From: Eledone cirrhosa
Lineage: Eukaryota
Assembly (NCBI GenBank): GCA_964016885.1
Contig: OZ024740.1
Location: forward strand, 194,246,001-194,310,000
DNA length: 64,000 nt
Direction of reading: 5' to 3'
Shown one piece after another: positions 37,505 through 52,319 of the stretch (position 1 is the stretch's first letter; the number at the start of each line of letters is the position of its first letter). The notes below the pieces were generated by a model that was not told the origin of the DNA, ran no database searches, and saw only the letters and a program-made list of their open reading frames with translations. The position numbers and the translations under genes were made by a program.

Positions 37505-37670
37505 CGAATAGACCCCAATACAAAACTGGTACTTTTTGTATAGACCTTGAATGGATGAAAGGTAAAATTGACCTCGATGGGATTTGAACTCAGAGAGCAG
37601 AGAGCCGAAACGAATACTACAAAACATACTATCCAACGTTCTAACGACACTCCCAATTCGTCGCCTTATT
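37505..37670 (-). mobile_element. Diverged Meta-domain SINE
   Basis: ACTGGTACTTT..GGATGAAAGG..GGATTTGAACTCAG. Confidence 0.75.
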
Positions 37671-38639
37671 TACATTTGTTCATAAGTTTTGTAATGATGC
37701 GCTATACATGACTAGGTAAATCTTGGTATTTAATCAGCATCGTTTGACACTTGACAGCTAAAAGCAAAGTCAAAGATAGTAAAATATATATATTCAAAGA
37801 TGTAAACTATATATCGTAATATAATTTACTTGGTGGTCTGTAGTTCTAACACTCGCCCATTAACAAAAAGAAAGACTTTGGAAGCGGGAGCAGTCGATCA
37901 GTATTTGATTGCTACCTATTTTATCGACCCTCGAGAGGATACAAGATAAAGCTGAATTTCAAACTCAGAACATAAAGGAACGTGACTAAATTACAGAAGG
38001 TAATATATCTGGTACACTCATTTTCTTTTATCCTCCTCGCTATCATTTTTCTTTCTTGTTAAAATATAAATATCTCTTCAGTAGGTACCGCTGTATCCCG
38101 AATGGAAACCTGCGACATTAAATTTTCAGTGGCGACTCCAATTGTTAATCGAAACCAGATAAATTTCGATGAAGATGTAACAAAAGAATCTTGAATAAGA
38201 TTTATTAGTAATCTTCTACGAGAAAGTGAAATTCTTCACCAGAAATATATTTTCCCATATTGATTATCAATAAGAGGCAACATAGAGCAAAACGGACAGA
38301 GAAGGCAAATTAGGTAAACATATGAGCAGAAAATTGATCTAACATAAACGGTTTTAAGTAGTTGCTCAACCTGCTAGAAATAGTAGCCGATTCACTCGAA
38401 TCAGGCAGACCACTGTCTATTTATGAAAGGATATGTCATACATTATAATTTTAGATAAACTATGGCTGAGAGAAAAGATGTGTTACCATGCCTAAATGGC
38501 TTTGGCCATAGGTCTATTGAAACAGAACAGTCCTGCAGTTTAACAAAATCAACAATAACTATGGTTAGTTCATTCTGAGGTCTATGAAAACAAAATTAAA
38601 AAGTGTTTTCACCAAACGAACCATTGTGGATGTTCAGCC

Positions 38640-39535
38640 CTGCGAATGCAATTTATACCCCTAAGTGTACATTAGCGGCTAGGGAAGCACCTAAATTAGT
38701 GTGTAGTACAATGATAAGTTCCAGGTTGGAGGATTGAAGGAGAAACAACTTTGATAAGGAAGGATAAAAGGAAGGATCCATTAGCTGGAAATTACAGGCC
38801 TATGCTGGCTTGTATTTATTTAGGAAGCGTTTGACTGGCATCTTTGCTGCAAAAGAGTCAGAATGAGATGATGCTTTTCAAGCAGAATGGATGTAGGACA
38901 ATATTCTCAGAGAATCAAAGGCCATCGTGCTATTGTCAAGGTGATCAGAAATAACTGCGAAAGACGTCTAAGGAATTTATGCATGGCTTAGATATACGTT
39001 AAGAAAGCATTTGATATGTTCCCACATGTATGGGTACTGAAATGTTTGAGAATGTTCACGATATCAGACCGTGTTATTAATGTAATGGAGTCTAGCATGC
39101 CTTCGTGGAAGACAAACATGTGTGTACTCAATATAAGAATAGTGATATTTCAAGGAAGTTCCTTCTTACCATTGCTCTATGTGATTAGCATGATTCCATT
39201 ATATTGACTATCAAATGGAAAACAGAGGTCCTAAGATCAATCTGCTACATTTCATGAATGGGCTTAGTCTCTTTGGTGGGAATGAAGAATCTCAGGTTGA
39301 CTGACTAGTCAAAACTGTCCACTGGTGTTTTGTCGACATTGAGATGGAGTTTGGGATTGCAAAGTGTGCCGTTCTGACTATAAAGAGATATACGAATTTA
39401 CATATTGCTGGAATTGAGGTACGTGATGGATAGTCGATTGGTGACCTTGGGGATAGTTAATACAAATATCTGTGCATTTTGGAGCTTTACAAAATTTTAA
39501 ATGAGTCGTTGAAAGGAAATGTGAAGTCAACCACT
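38640..39535 (+). pseudogene. Degenerate R4/Dong RT domain
   Basis: GNYRP, KAFDMFPHVW, IFQGSSFLPLL..MIPL, FGIAKC, KYL with stops. Confidence 0.82.
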
Positions 39536-39599
39536 ATCACAAACTCTTCGTTGAATGTGGAGCTGGAAGGTCACTTGAACGGGCAAAGCCCCAAGTTTA

Positions 39600-40636
39600 C
39601 TACTACAACCAGCACAACAAGAAAGATTTTAAAGGCCCCATGAAGAGTATAAAGAAGAAATATTCGCTTATTACTATGCATTATGTGAGCCATCTCAAGA
39701 AGGACGTACCACAACTCTTATAAAATATGGAGAACACGAAGTCATAATAACTGACCTTATTTGGATGAAAACGGGCCAGTGAATGTTAGGAGGGATATCT
39801 TCAGAAATAATAGACCCACAGATACTGAATTAATCACAACCTGGCACGTTGTGGAATATGACCTAAATATAAGACAGGAAGGATATAAAGAATCAGTCTT
39901 AATTGGAATGTTGTCATCTGACCAGATCAGACAAAGGTTTGAAGAAGTAGGAAATTATAATGTACCTGAGGAGAATATCCAGGAAAATGGGATAGAAACA
40001 GAGTTTGAAGATCAAGTATTTGCTGAGGGACACAGAAAGTCTCGGTTGGAAATGAAGAAAATGGTTCTGAGTGAGCTTGCAATTGTAAGACATACACATA
40101 TGAATGATAAAGAAGCACTTTAAAATTCTCAGATACAAACCAAAATATGAAAAAATATGGAGAAATCGTTAACTATAAAACAGAAATCACATAAGCATTA
40201 GAATCCGATCTTACTGACGTAAATGAAATTATTTACGCATCTGCTAGTGTAATTGAAACAAGTAATATGCCACCAAAAAGCAAAGAAAGCGAAACTAAAT
40301 AAAGCCACAGATGAGAAGCAAAATTAATAACGAAATTGAATTAATCAGATGCGAAATATCAATATTAAATGAACAGATATTGAAGAGAGTTAAAAAGAAA
40401 ATATGGCTTTTTATCAAAATAAGAGTTGATATATGAAAATACTGAAACAAAAAAAAATCTAAGTAAAAGCTCAACGAATACAAAGTTCTGAGAGAAGAGA
40501 AATACTTTTTACAAGCAAAATAAGTTGTTCACATCCAAATCTAAATCATTTTCAGAACAGTATGGAAGGATAAAATAAACATTAAAGAAATTGAAAACTT
40601 TTACAGAAAGATTTGGAGTGATGGGAAGAAATACGA
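39600..40636 (+). pseudogene. Degenerate R4/Dong N-terminal region (separate copy)
   Basis: VRRDIF, INNEIELIR, KVKAQRI..SERR, KQNKLF, F..KIW parallel the pre-RT region of element A. It lies downstream of the RT relic, so it is a different insertion. Confidence 0.7.
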
Positions 40637-41239
40637 TGTGTCACACATTGGAGAATTATATTGTTATATAATTTATTGTTATACGCTTTTTACTCGATTT
40701 TACTGTAAACCGGTATTGTCTCTGTCATTTGTATTGTATCCTATATGTCTGCATCTGTGTCCAATCAAGGAATTATTACTATTATTACTATTGTTATTAT
40801 TATTTGCGTTTTCCTGTTCCTTTAGTTTTGTTTCCATATCTTGCCGAGTGTTTTACCGGCACCTACGGCAGAGAAACTCCCTGCATAAGCCATCAAAATA
40901 AACACACAAGATTGTTTACGTCATGCACATTACCCAGTCCCAAGTATATCTTTTTACTTTATACATGTGTACATTATCTGTGTAAAATCAGGTGTACAAC
41001 AGTCTGATAACACGGAGGAACACTTTCGAAAATACTTTTAGTTGTCTTGTTTTTTACAATTGATCCGACTTGATTTGATGGTGCTGAATTCCGAAATGCC
41101 CTCAGAATCTTTCTATTACGTCTAGTGTTTTCTGTTCTTTGTTTTACACACCTAGTGCTCCTACAATCACTGGTATTGTAACAACATAGAGATGCTACAT
41201 TCTTTCAATTTCACTAAGCAGATCTTTATATTTTCCAGG

Positions 41240-43150
41240 TGTGACACAGAAATGCCTCTAATACTAAACCAGACTACTCTCCAAGTTCACCTAGGAAGGC
41301 GTCCCTCACCTCTTAAAATTATCCACCCTACAGAGGCATGGTCAGAGTACGCCCATTTACACGAGCCATCCTCGCTACACTCATCCACCTTTTAACAGGT
41401 GTACTGGGTGTAAGCAAATTCCTCTCCATTCTCACCTTCCTTTCCATGTGTAACTTGAAAACGTTGATGAGAGATTGGCCGAAGAGGAAAGTGCCTGTCT
41501 TCAATCCTTTCAGGCGTGTCCACTACACAACCTCTTTCGCCACAGCTACCAAGCAGGGGAATATGACGCGAACCTTCCACGTTCCGATTGCAGTGAGATG
41601 CTCTATTACAACTCCGGCTATCGCGGTAATGGCTCGAGAGTGAATAGGTACAGAAGGGAAAAGAGAGGCATTCTTGACGGCCCGAGCGCGCGATCTAGAA
41701 GGGTCCCGATAGCTAGCTGTTGATATTAACCACCCAGCAAGTGCCGCTGTGGATTACAGCGATCCAGCCTCTGAAGACGGGACCGAAGCCGGATGCTTTC
41801 ATGTCAGCGTCCAATTATCGATGTCGACCCTATCAAAATATTTCGGTTGATCTAAAATGACCATAGCCCTTCTTACTCCCGACCACCTCTATGATGAATC
41901 GTAGGAGATTGAGGTTAACATGTATGGACCTGGTAGCGATTGCGCATGTCGCTACCTCTCCTACCAGGCCTTGACGAAAAGTACCAACTTTGTTGCTAGC
42001 ACCTTGACCAAAATCGTTACTACGACGCGACTCATAGAATTGGGAATACTCCCGTTCTCCTGCCTGTTTCAGTAGACGGCTTCTCAGAGAACAAGGCATA
42101 TCTAGGTAAAGCTCACAGAGGAGTCCATCAACAATGGACAATGTGTGCCTCGTACAGTCGGCCAGGAGATCCCGAATCTCAGCTGCTGTTCTCGGCTTTG
42201 CGCAGCATTCCACATCATTTGCCGAGATTTGCCGATATTCACAGCAGGCGGTCGAGGTATGAAGTAAATGCAGCTACCGTTTCTGACCACACCGCTTTAT
42301 CTCCCCGAACCACCATGCAAAGAGATGGTGAAAAGCCGCACACATCTGGCAGGAATTGACCAGGATGCGCTCGTCTCACTCTGTGAAACACCAAATCGGT
42401 GTTTTGGTACAATGCTGATCCTCTGTCACTTGAGGCCATCGAACAGCTTTCGATCCCTCGTTTCTTAGAACCCACGCCTTAATTCTGACAATGAAACCTG
42501 TGTGTTTCGAATTGACGGAATGTTCTAATATCATCCTCGCAGCTAGCACCTCTGTTGCAATGTCATTTCGCCTCTTCTAATGTACGTACTAACACCTTTC
42601 TATTTTTTCTATCGGTACGTATTTGCTTATAGCTATTGATTCTACTCTAATCTGTCTCTTGACATCGCCCCACCACCTGTTGTTGACGATTCACCCTGTC
42701 AACTGTATGCTTTACGTGTGGGGAAAGACACGTTAAGCTTCCAGTTTCAAGGTCACAACCTGTGTGTTCTATCTAGGTCGAACATGCAGATTCCGAATTT
42801 GTGATCCGAATATGCGACCGTTTGAAAATGTGAACACTTACACTATCCCGATCTGCTGACCTGATAACAAGCATATATATATACGATGTAGATGACCTTA
42901 TACACCTGTTTCAGTTTTATACTGGCGTATTCGGAAGATCTAGTCGGTATCTGTCAGACAGGAAATGTCAGGTCAGAATCTTGAGGATTTTGCAACCGAT
43001 TCTATCTTCTACTCACACACAATGCCAACTTGCGTTCAGCATACCATTCCAGTTATCCCTTGACACTAAGCGGCGAGATGTTCCAAGAAATGCTTCCAGA
43101 CGCCTGAAGAAATCTGGACGTCATGCTTCGATCGGGCGTAGACTGCCACC
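41240..43150 (+). pseudogene. Very degenerate Gypsy-like LTR retrotransposon pol relic
   Basis: GC-richer block with fragments PVFNPFRRV, VLGFAQ../LPRFADI (RT connection-like) and ..GFC..SAYH (integrase-like) in Gypsy order; no LTRs identified. Confidence 0.38.
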
Positions 43151-43189
43151 AGTCTAAAGGCAACACCTTCGTTATTGTTCACATCCAGG

Positions 43190-43310
43190 ATTATTGGTGC
43201 TTTATGTTATCGACCCCGTAAGGATGAAAGGCAAAGTTAGCCTTGGTGGTATTTGAACTCTGAACATAAAGGCCCATAACTCTATGCTGCAAAACGTGTC
43301 GTCCGAATTG
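43190..43310 (-). mobile_element. Meta-domain SINE fragment
   Basis: TATCGACCCCGTAAGGATGAAAGGCAAAGTT..TTTGAACTC. Confidence 0.8.
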
Positions 43311-43599
43311 ATGTCGTGATGCGTGTTTTTCTTGCCATCCACCCGGGCTAGATATAGAGGGAGGTGTAACCTTTTTTTCTTTACAAAACCTTGTTTGGGT
43401 ATAATTTTCAATTTAAAGTTCTAAATATTATGAGGACTCCTTTCTTCAGGCCATAAACTGGTCTCTTATGTACCCTTTGCAACCAAGTTTTTTTAACAAA
43501 ATATCAATTTACATGGGTAAAAACAAACAAAATTTACGGAGCGATTTGGACACACTTCTTAACAGATAGAACAACTAAGATGATAATAATAATGATTTA

Positions 43600-43802
43600 T
43601 AACATAGGCACAAGGTCAGCAATTTGGTAAGAGTGGAGAGTTGATTAGAGCAGCAATTAACCCAGTGCATTACTAATCCTTTATGTTATAAACCACGTAA
43701 AGATGAAAGGCAAAACTAACTTCAGCGGGATTTGAACTCATAACCCTATGCTGCAAAGCATGGTGTCCGACGCTCTACCGATACTGCTAATCCACCACCC
43801 TT
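43600..43802 (-). mobile_element. Meta-domain SINE copy
   Basis: Ends in CTCTACCGATACTGCTAATCCACCACCC, the reverse complement of the head. Confidence 0.85.
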
Positions 43803-44117
43803 AATAATAATAAAAGAAGAAGAATGGGAGGAACATGATGATGATGATAAAATTAATATTTGCAATTAGATAATGATTACCCCTTTCTCTATATTTTAGT
43901 TGTCAAATATTAGATTATGCCGAAATATCAACATTCTATGTCAATTTACTCCCCATCATATTGTGTATACGTCCTACCTACATTAAAAAAGATGAATATA
44001 ATTCATTGATTTCTCCAACTGGAAGCAAGATTTTTGGCGACTTCGCAAATTGTTAATATTTGAGGCATAAAGACATAAAATAATAAATATGCATGATGTA
44101 ACTTTCAACCACCATCT

Positions 44118-44226
<109 letters not shown>

Positions 44227-44443
44227 AAAAGGAGGGACACATAAACATATATATAAATAGTTGGATAGAAAGATAAATTGATCGATAGACAGATCGATGT
44301 TTGCATATATATATGTTGATACAACCACACACACATGTATATATATAAATATATATATACATATTGTATCAACATATATTCTCAAAAACATTTATATATT
44401 CATCTATCTATATTAGAGTGTGTGTGTGTATATATATAAACAA

Positions 44444-44481
<38 letters not shown>

Positions 44482-44940
44482 GGAGAGAGAGAGAGAGAGA
44501 GAGATATTATAATTGGAAATAGTCATGTCAAATTTGCCAATAAACTCACAAGCAATATTTTATTTTCACTTCAGCTTTATTATTAGTTAGTCTTTAGTTT
44601 GTAATAGTTCTTTTATCACACATTCGGTGACAGTAGCCATTGAGGCGGTCACAGCCTGTGTGAGGAAAGAGATTTGTCGAACTGATGAATAACTAATAAT
44701 AAGTTTAAAGTGGAAATTAAACAGTGCATGTGCTTTTATTGGCAACATGACGATCCTAAAATACAACATCTATTTGCACACATGATTTCACATATCGCAA
44801 AGGACATATATAAATATATAAATACATGCGTGGTCCAAATGTATTTGTTTAGCAAATTGTTAACAGCGACTTCGAACTCACTGGATATCGATCTAAACCC
44901 TTAATATTATAATCAACTCCCAAAATTGTTTCCTTATTTT

Positions 44941-47214
44941 CACTGGTCAACAAAATTAAATGTATAATACTCATTATGAATGCAAACCAACTTTTTTAGA
45001 CTAATTTTTCATGCTGATTTTAAAACGTCACTTCATTTGTATGCAACATGTATCAGTTTTTCACTAGGACCATGCAAATATTTACATATTTGTATATATA
45101 AAATCATTAACGTAATAAATAAGGACATATTATTTTTTAGAAAGTAATGAGTTTATTGAGTTAAAAATCACCACTATCATTCTACAAAGAGTGAATACAC
45201 AAAAAATAGTTCAGACAAAACAAACAAAGTTAGAACAACAGAGTTAGAAACATTGTGATTTGGATTTCCTGCGGTGTCCCTGATCTGGTTGATCACGGTA
45301 AAGTGTCCAGCAGTAGTGAGCCAGCATAGTTGGTACCGTTTCTCCATAGCACTAATGTCCTCATAAAATCTTTCATCAGACACTTCTCCAAGGTTATCTG
45401 CGAAGAAATCCAGATGGGAGTCCAAGAAGTGAACTTTCAGTGAAATTCGACAACTCATTGCTGAGTAACATTTCAAGAAATTCTCACAAATCCACTTGAC
45501 AGCATTCCAGGCAGGCAGTTCAAGTTCATCCAGTGTTGTCTTGAGTACTTCTCTAATTTGGGGTCCGACAAAGATACCCTCTTTCAATTTCGCCTGTGTG
45601 ATTTTGGGAAACCCTTCTACAATAAACCCTCTGGCATTTCTCTTCCCTAATGTCTTTACAAACCGTTTCATCAGTCCAAGCTTTATGTGCAAAGGAGGCA
45701 ATAAGACATTACATGAATCTACAAGAGGTGTATTCTTCACGCCAGACAGTCCTGGCTGGTATAATGTTCTTGTTAGCCAGTTTGATTCCGAATAATGTCT
45801 GTTAGTTGCGCGACTATCCCATAGACACAAGAAACAACAGTATTTTGTGAAACCTGACTGCATTCCCATTAACATCCCAATGAATTTTAAATCTCCACAT
45901 ATTTTCCATGAGTATCTTTCATAGGCAATGGCATGAAGTAAAAGTTCCATATTCTCATATGATTCATGAAGATGAACGGAATGTACAATAGGAATGGGGG
46001 GCTTCAAATTACCATTATGGAGAAGTACAGCTTTTAAACTTTGTTTTGAAAAGTCAATATAAAACGCCACTCTGTAGGATCATGATTTTGTGATAAACAT
46101 TCGAAAAGTCCATCGATGTCACTGTAAAAGCAAAGTGTGCCATCAAGAGAAAAACACTTTTGTAGAACCACATTTCTCTGCCGAAAATAAGTTATACGAA
46201 CACCATGCTCCAGCAGATACTTCTCCTTCAGCCTTGATGCCAACAGTTCTGCTTTATGTTTTGAGAGGGATAGGTCTCTGACAAGGTCATTCAGTTCAAC
46301 GGAACATTTCTGAGGTTCATCAGCCACGTAATCTCCATCAGCAACACTATCGTGACAGTCAGCATCATCATCTGATGTTTCAATACCATCATTTGATGGA
46401 ACTGGAATTGGCAGACTTCCATTGTGAGGCATAGGTCTCATTGCAGAATCCAAATTGGGATACACAATTTTGTGTTTATTCTTCATAGAAAATCCTTTGA
46501 CATTTACCTTGCAAAAATAACAGTCATTAAAATGGTCTTCGGCTCCCTCCATATCATTGGAATCGAAAAAGGCATGGACTTCTTATTATTATTGAACGAA
46601 ACACGTAAGCCATTTGAGCAAGCTGAGCAGATAAAATGTGGTGCCCATAACTTGTCCTGATCGCTATGAGGACTGTCAAAGTATAGCTTATAAATCTTCT
46701 TGATCTCTGGTGTTGTACGTTTTTCAGCTTTCACAATAAATTGTCCACAGGCATAACAAAACACATGAGGATGATTTGTACAGTCTTGACATTGTTAACA
46801 CTGTAAAACAAGTAAGGAAATAGATACAAACGGTTATACTTATATTGAATTTGAGATGATGAAATATTTCATCAGACTAATTATGACTAGACAATTTGAG
46901 ATGTTGAAATACCTATTTCATCAGACAAAACTTAATTGGTTAATTCAAGATGATGAAATATTGCATCTGAACTATGCAGCAATGAATAATGTAGTTTATT
47001 TTAAAGGTATGTTTCCATGATGTAAATGAAATACATCTATACACGTCATTAATTGGAATTTCTATATAATGCATGAGCTAAAACCAAAAAAACATTCTCA
47101 TCTTGAAAACTATACATGATGTCAAAAAAAGTAATTGTATATTTGAAATCAGCATTAAAAACTACACTAAGTGCACCTTGACATATGCTTGATGAAAGAT
47201 ACGTTTTGACCATA
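44941..47214 (-). mobile_element. Chapaev3-like (CMC/Transib-related) DNA transposon, defective
   Basis: Left terminus CACTGGTCAACAAAA, degenerate right terminus TTTTGACCA, inverted subterminal ATGCTGATTT(T/C)AAA, and an internal transposase. Confidence 0.7.
45255..46792 (-). pseudogene. Frameshifted transposase with an N-terminal Cys-rich zinc domain
   Basis: FCYACG..DQDKLWAPH..C..C..PMIWREP / HFNDCYFC..ELNDLVRDL / SLKAVLLHNGN..KICGDLK..GFTKYCCFLCLWDSR..LPPLHIKLG..SLKVHFLDSHL..SDE, spread over several frames. Confidence 0.88.
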
Positions 47215-48282
47215 TTGCTGAAGTCATGCTACTATATTCAACATTACCGCCAACCTCAGCCGATTGGAGGAAATGGACGACTGAGTAAACGGGTTTTTTT
47301 TTGGGGGGGGGGGGGGGGTTGTCTTGACGTGACAATGTAACACTCGTTCCTCTCAGGCAAACGCATATTAGACCTGTCTCTGTTATTTACTGTGATTTTT
47401 GAGCAACCTACAAGAGATTCAGCTTAGAAACATTTTGCCCTTCTTATGCATTCTGAAAGTTTTGTAGATGAATAATAACGCAATTCGCACACAGAATATC
47501 GAAAGATTTTGATGAGACCTGATATTCAGTCAATTAGTACTATTTCTTCAATTCAAGACAAGCAAAATCCAATTCATCTTTTTTATTCAGGTAGTCAAAT
47601 TAGACCAACCTTTCTGGCTGAGAAACTGAGAAAAAATCCCCAGCCTACCATTGCATTTTTGTAAGGTAATTTGATTTTTTTTTATGGTTTTAAGAATGTT
47701 TTAATTTTAAAGTGAGTTGTTAGGTTTGGTGAAAACTGGTGTAAATTACTCATATACCCCACCCAACAACTACCAGTTCCTAAGAGGGTACCCTCCTACT
47801 GACAGGTGGAGTGAGGGTTAACTAAAGGTGGATATTTTCCGACGGTTTTGCAGGTCAAGTTCGTTCAAAATTATAGGAAAAACCATAAATTTTACTTGCA
47901 AAGCGAAACGTGTGTACCAAACATTTACCAATATTTCAATATTTTCATATCTGTTTTCTGTTTTATAATCACCAATATTAACTGAAATATGTTTCTTTTG
48001 ATATTTTTGCATATCATATGTTCCAATTCCGTTATTATAGCACCCAGTATATTTCAATGCATAGAGTGGAATTGATATAAAAAAATGCAAGAGTGTATGT
48101 ATTATCATGGATCGCTTAAATCTGTCAGATTATTTATACATACATACAGATATCTCTAAAACTATACAGAACAACGAATGTATTTGAAATTACGTGGACA
48201 GTCTCAGTACGTTGAAGTTTTGTCCAACTTGCCATATTCAGAATATGAGAATCTGTATATATGTAACTATATATATATACAT

Positions 48283-48451
<169 letters not shown>

Positions 48452-51324
48452 TAAGTCGGTAGTCTTTCCTTAATATTTATCAGGTTAAAAATGGGAGAAA
48501 AGAATATCTATGCTGTAACGGACTGTGCTTTGTAATCGTGTCTGTCTTCAGAGAAATAACGCACTATGACACCTAGGAAACGAATGAGAAAATAATGGAT
48601 ATAATTCAATATATAGCAAATTCCATCAACCTGAACATCAAAGAAGCCCTCAACTATCTTTATAAACAACCACAAACGAAATTACTCATATTTGACACCG
48701 AACTATTTAGATAGGAATGTTATGTGAAAGTCATAAATCTTCCACTAACGTTGCATGAAACACATGGCTAGCATACAGCTAATTTGTTACGATTGTACTC
48801 TGACGGAAACTACAAAATTAATATTTCTATAGCAGTTCTCGTTACGTTGATGGGAAATATCTCACTGTTTTCAAAAAAGTTACCAACTGAAAAGCATATG
48901 TACATAGTGTAAGCCACTGAAATATATATGGTCGCCTAACCTACTATAAAAGAAAGCCCCCCCCCCCCTTCTCAAATAGACCATAGCCTCCTCAAATTAG
49001 AAAGTAGACATGTGGCAGTGTAGTCCTTCATTACATAAATATACGAGATGTTCACTAAATTGCAAGGATTAAATAATGCAATGAAGATAAAATAAGATTT
49101 CTAAATATTATTTTTAAATCGTTTGAATGAATATTTGTCAATTAGATGTTAAACAGGTTATATACGCAGAGTAAATTAGGCTGATCTGATACTGATAATA
49201 CGAAGAATCGCGGTATAAAACTTATTAACGACACGGTTATCATTTGTGATAAACATTTTGGAAACAACTTATAGATATTTAAGACATGTCATTCCCATGA
49301 TATATACTCGTTAATTCGGGTGTATTCGACTGATCTAATTGTCAAGTGATTATTTTACCATCTTGCAAAGATAAAGCCGATTCCGACAGAGTGAACTTCA
49401 TTAATACAAAGGATTTAATCTAGTACTCTACCATTTGTATCAATAGAATATCCCATGTTCAACAATAATTTCTTACATTCTCACAAGTCAAAACGTTTGC
49501 ATGTGACGTGAATCCGTGTGTGAATCAGTGGAATGTTTTACTGGCTCTGATATGTAATCCAAGTTGGCCTTAGAGTAATTCCAACTCAAATATGCATAAG
49601 CAAAGTTGAATACTGTAAAATATTCTGTTAGGTATTGCATTGTTTTTCGCATTTCACTTTTGTCTTCAAGTTATTAAGGACAATACTTTTATAATGTGTG
49701 TAGTCATAGAGTACTGGTAGTGTAACAGATTGACAATAGTAATACTAATATATTTTAAGACGTTTTGCATGGGTCGTGTGTTTGTTGCGGTATATATGAA
49801 TTGAATCAACTATAGTATACTATTGAGAAATATATTATTCAGTATTGCTGATCGAACGGCAAATTTGATGCTGCTGGTATATGAATAAAAATGTAAAGAG
49901 ATGCAACCAAATATTGCACTATGCTAGTGTTACCAACAGATAATGAGTTATGTTAGTGTTAATATAATTAACACGAATACAAATCTAAATTACGATCGCA
50001 ACAATTAAGCGGTGAGAATAGAAAAATTAAAGTATTTCAAAATGTAATCTAATTACTCATAAAGGGCCCCACCCTCACGGAAATAAATACAGGTAGTGTT
50101 AACATATTTAATGCGGTGGTCTTCACAATTCAAGTTATACATTTCTAGCATTATATTGTATGTATTGTTGTACATCTGTTTAGTGCGATCTTGTATGGAC
50201 TTTGTACTGCTATATGGATGTCTATTTTATGCTGATCAGGTTTAATTATATGAAATCTTTTGGAAGGCGTCTCCCGCATTTGCCAAAACGATTTAGATGA
50301 TGTTAGGGAAAGAGTTCACGCTGTCTCTTCCTCACTGCACAGATATTTCTAATTATATTTTGCATGGATATTACATTAAGTATATGAAAATTAATTTCAT
50401 TTTATTAAGGGATGTATTAAACATTCATTCTATTTTCAACAAGCCTGGAACAGACCGTTTGATGCTTTGAGCAAAAATATTTTAAATTCAAAGATACTGA
50501 GTGTCAATATATGAAGGCTACTAAAGGACAATATTTTAATGTGTGAGGCACCTATACGGAAAAATGCGCAGCCGCCTCTTAGCTGTATTAGAAATTAAAA
50601 TGGTAACAGGTAACACATACTTTTGATATGATGACTTGCTTTTATGATATAAATGAGAGTCTAGTACATTTTCTGAGTTAATTTAATATGGAAAATACAA
50701 CTTAAGTAACAGCATAGTGTAATAATACCTAAAGGCATTAATACAGAAACTAAAGTCAGATTGAGCAGCATAAATATCATTGAAATTAATTCACACATAC
50801 TTAAAATGTCTATAGTAATGCTCTAGCAATCGTGATGTGTTTGTAATATACAACATTTGATATGAATGTTATATACTAAAAGATAAAAGAAACACCAAGT
50901 ATATATGCATATGTTGGCATTTAATGAACTATGCCCTACGTATTACTGACATTTTAAACTCTTGAACTAATTTTAAAAACACTCCTACTGCTACTGTTTC
51001 CACTGCTGCTATTGCTGCTGTTGCCCCTACTATTGTTGCTAAGAAGCCACGAGTGAAAGCAAAAGATTTACTATCATGGCATGTGATGAATGATAGGAAA
51101 TTAAGATAAATCTTTGAATTAAAGACAGATATAACAATGTTATATATCTACTGAAAGATAACGACACACCCCATCACATAGCGAGATCTGTTTAATGAAT
51201 GAAATTATTAAAGATACCTGTAACTGTAGAGGTATATGATATTCCTTCACAAAAGTACCTTCCAAAAATTCAATGGAATAGTGTATAGGAATATATTCAC
51301 AGCAGCTTGGTAACGTAGAACCTC

Positions 51325-51396
<72 letters not shown>

Positions 51397-51771
51397 TATA
51401 TATGTGTGTGTGTGTGTGTGCATTTGTGCACATGTATATATGTATATACGTATTAATGTATATATATATATATATACAGTATTTTCCGTTGTGTTGTAAT
51501 ATAAATATTACACACAGTAGATTATCAGCTCACGTAGAGTTTGCTCGACGGTTCCAGTTGTAGTTCCAAAAGTAATAGGTCCTCAGTAATATTATTCTGA
51601 TGAAATGACAGTAAATAATAACATTGAAATATTGAATGTCTGCATAACTAAAAGTTTGTAGATAGCTGTTTTAGGTTATGTAACTGTTATAGAAACACGT
51701 GTCAATAAATTCCTTTCAACTAAACTGTATCCATTCAAATCTTTCTATATATATATATATATATATATACA

Positions 51772-52028
51772 TGATTAATTCTGGAGTCGGTGAGCATGTC
51801 CAGCTAACCTCAGTCTCCTCTGTGTCACTTTTGAGCTGACATTTGGGAGGCTCTCGAACAGCTCTGAGTTCTTCATCCTCAGTTAACATATATTGATGCC
51901 CTAAGGACAGACACTGGTCTGTTGGAGACGCAGGACATGACAGCGATAATGAGGGACAGAGACCGCTGGAGAGAACTCGTCCATGGTTCTCGGGAATTTT
52001 ACCCGCCCTAGATAGATAGATAGATAGA
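51772..52028. mobile_element. Short RTE/RTE-X LINE copy with 5' inversion (same family as 20250-20460)
   Basis: Plus 51895-52028 is the 3' end plus (TAGA)n, highly similar to the reverse complement of 20250-20385. Minus 51772-51890 encodes ELFESLPNVSSKVTQRRLRLAGHAHR. Confidence 0.85.
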
Positions 52029-52319
52029 TACATGATTACGCATATGCACAAATGTACACACACACACACACACACATACACACACATACACACACATACA
52101 CACACATACACACACACATATATATATATATATACATATATATATGGATGTGTGAATGTGTGTGTGTATATATATATATACACTGTAGAGGTTCTACGTT
52201 ACCAAGCTGTACTGGTATATGCATTATATGCATATACGAGGGGTGCTGAAACGTTCCTGTCAGTTAAGTCTTGTGTAAGATCATACTGGACATGTTGCTT
52301 GATAAAATCACTGACTGAG

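Noticed and set aside
40637-40910. Possible LTR of the Gypsy-like relic
   Set aside because: No second copy and no clear TG...CA, PBS or PPT.
46851-46926. CTGATGA on the minus strand as a hammerhead
   Set aside because: No stem II and GAAA arrangement; it is part of a palindromic subterminal repeat.
52235-52260. Mariner-like TIR fragment TACGAGGGGTGCTGAAA
   Set aside because: No partner TIR or transposase nearby.
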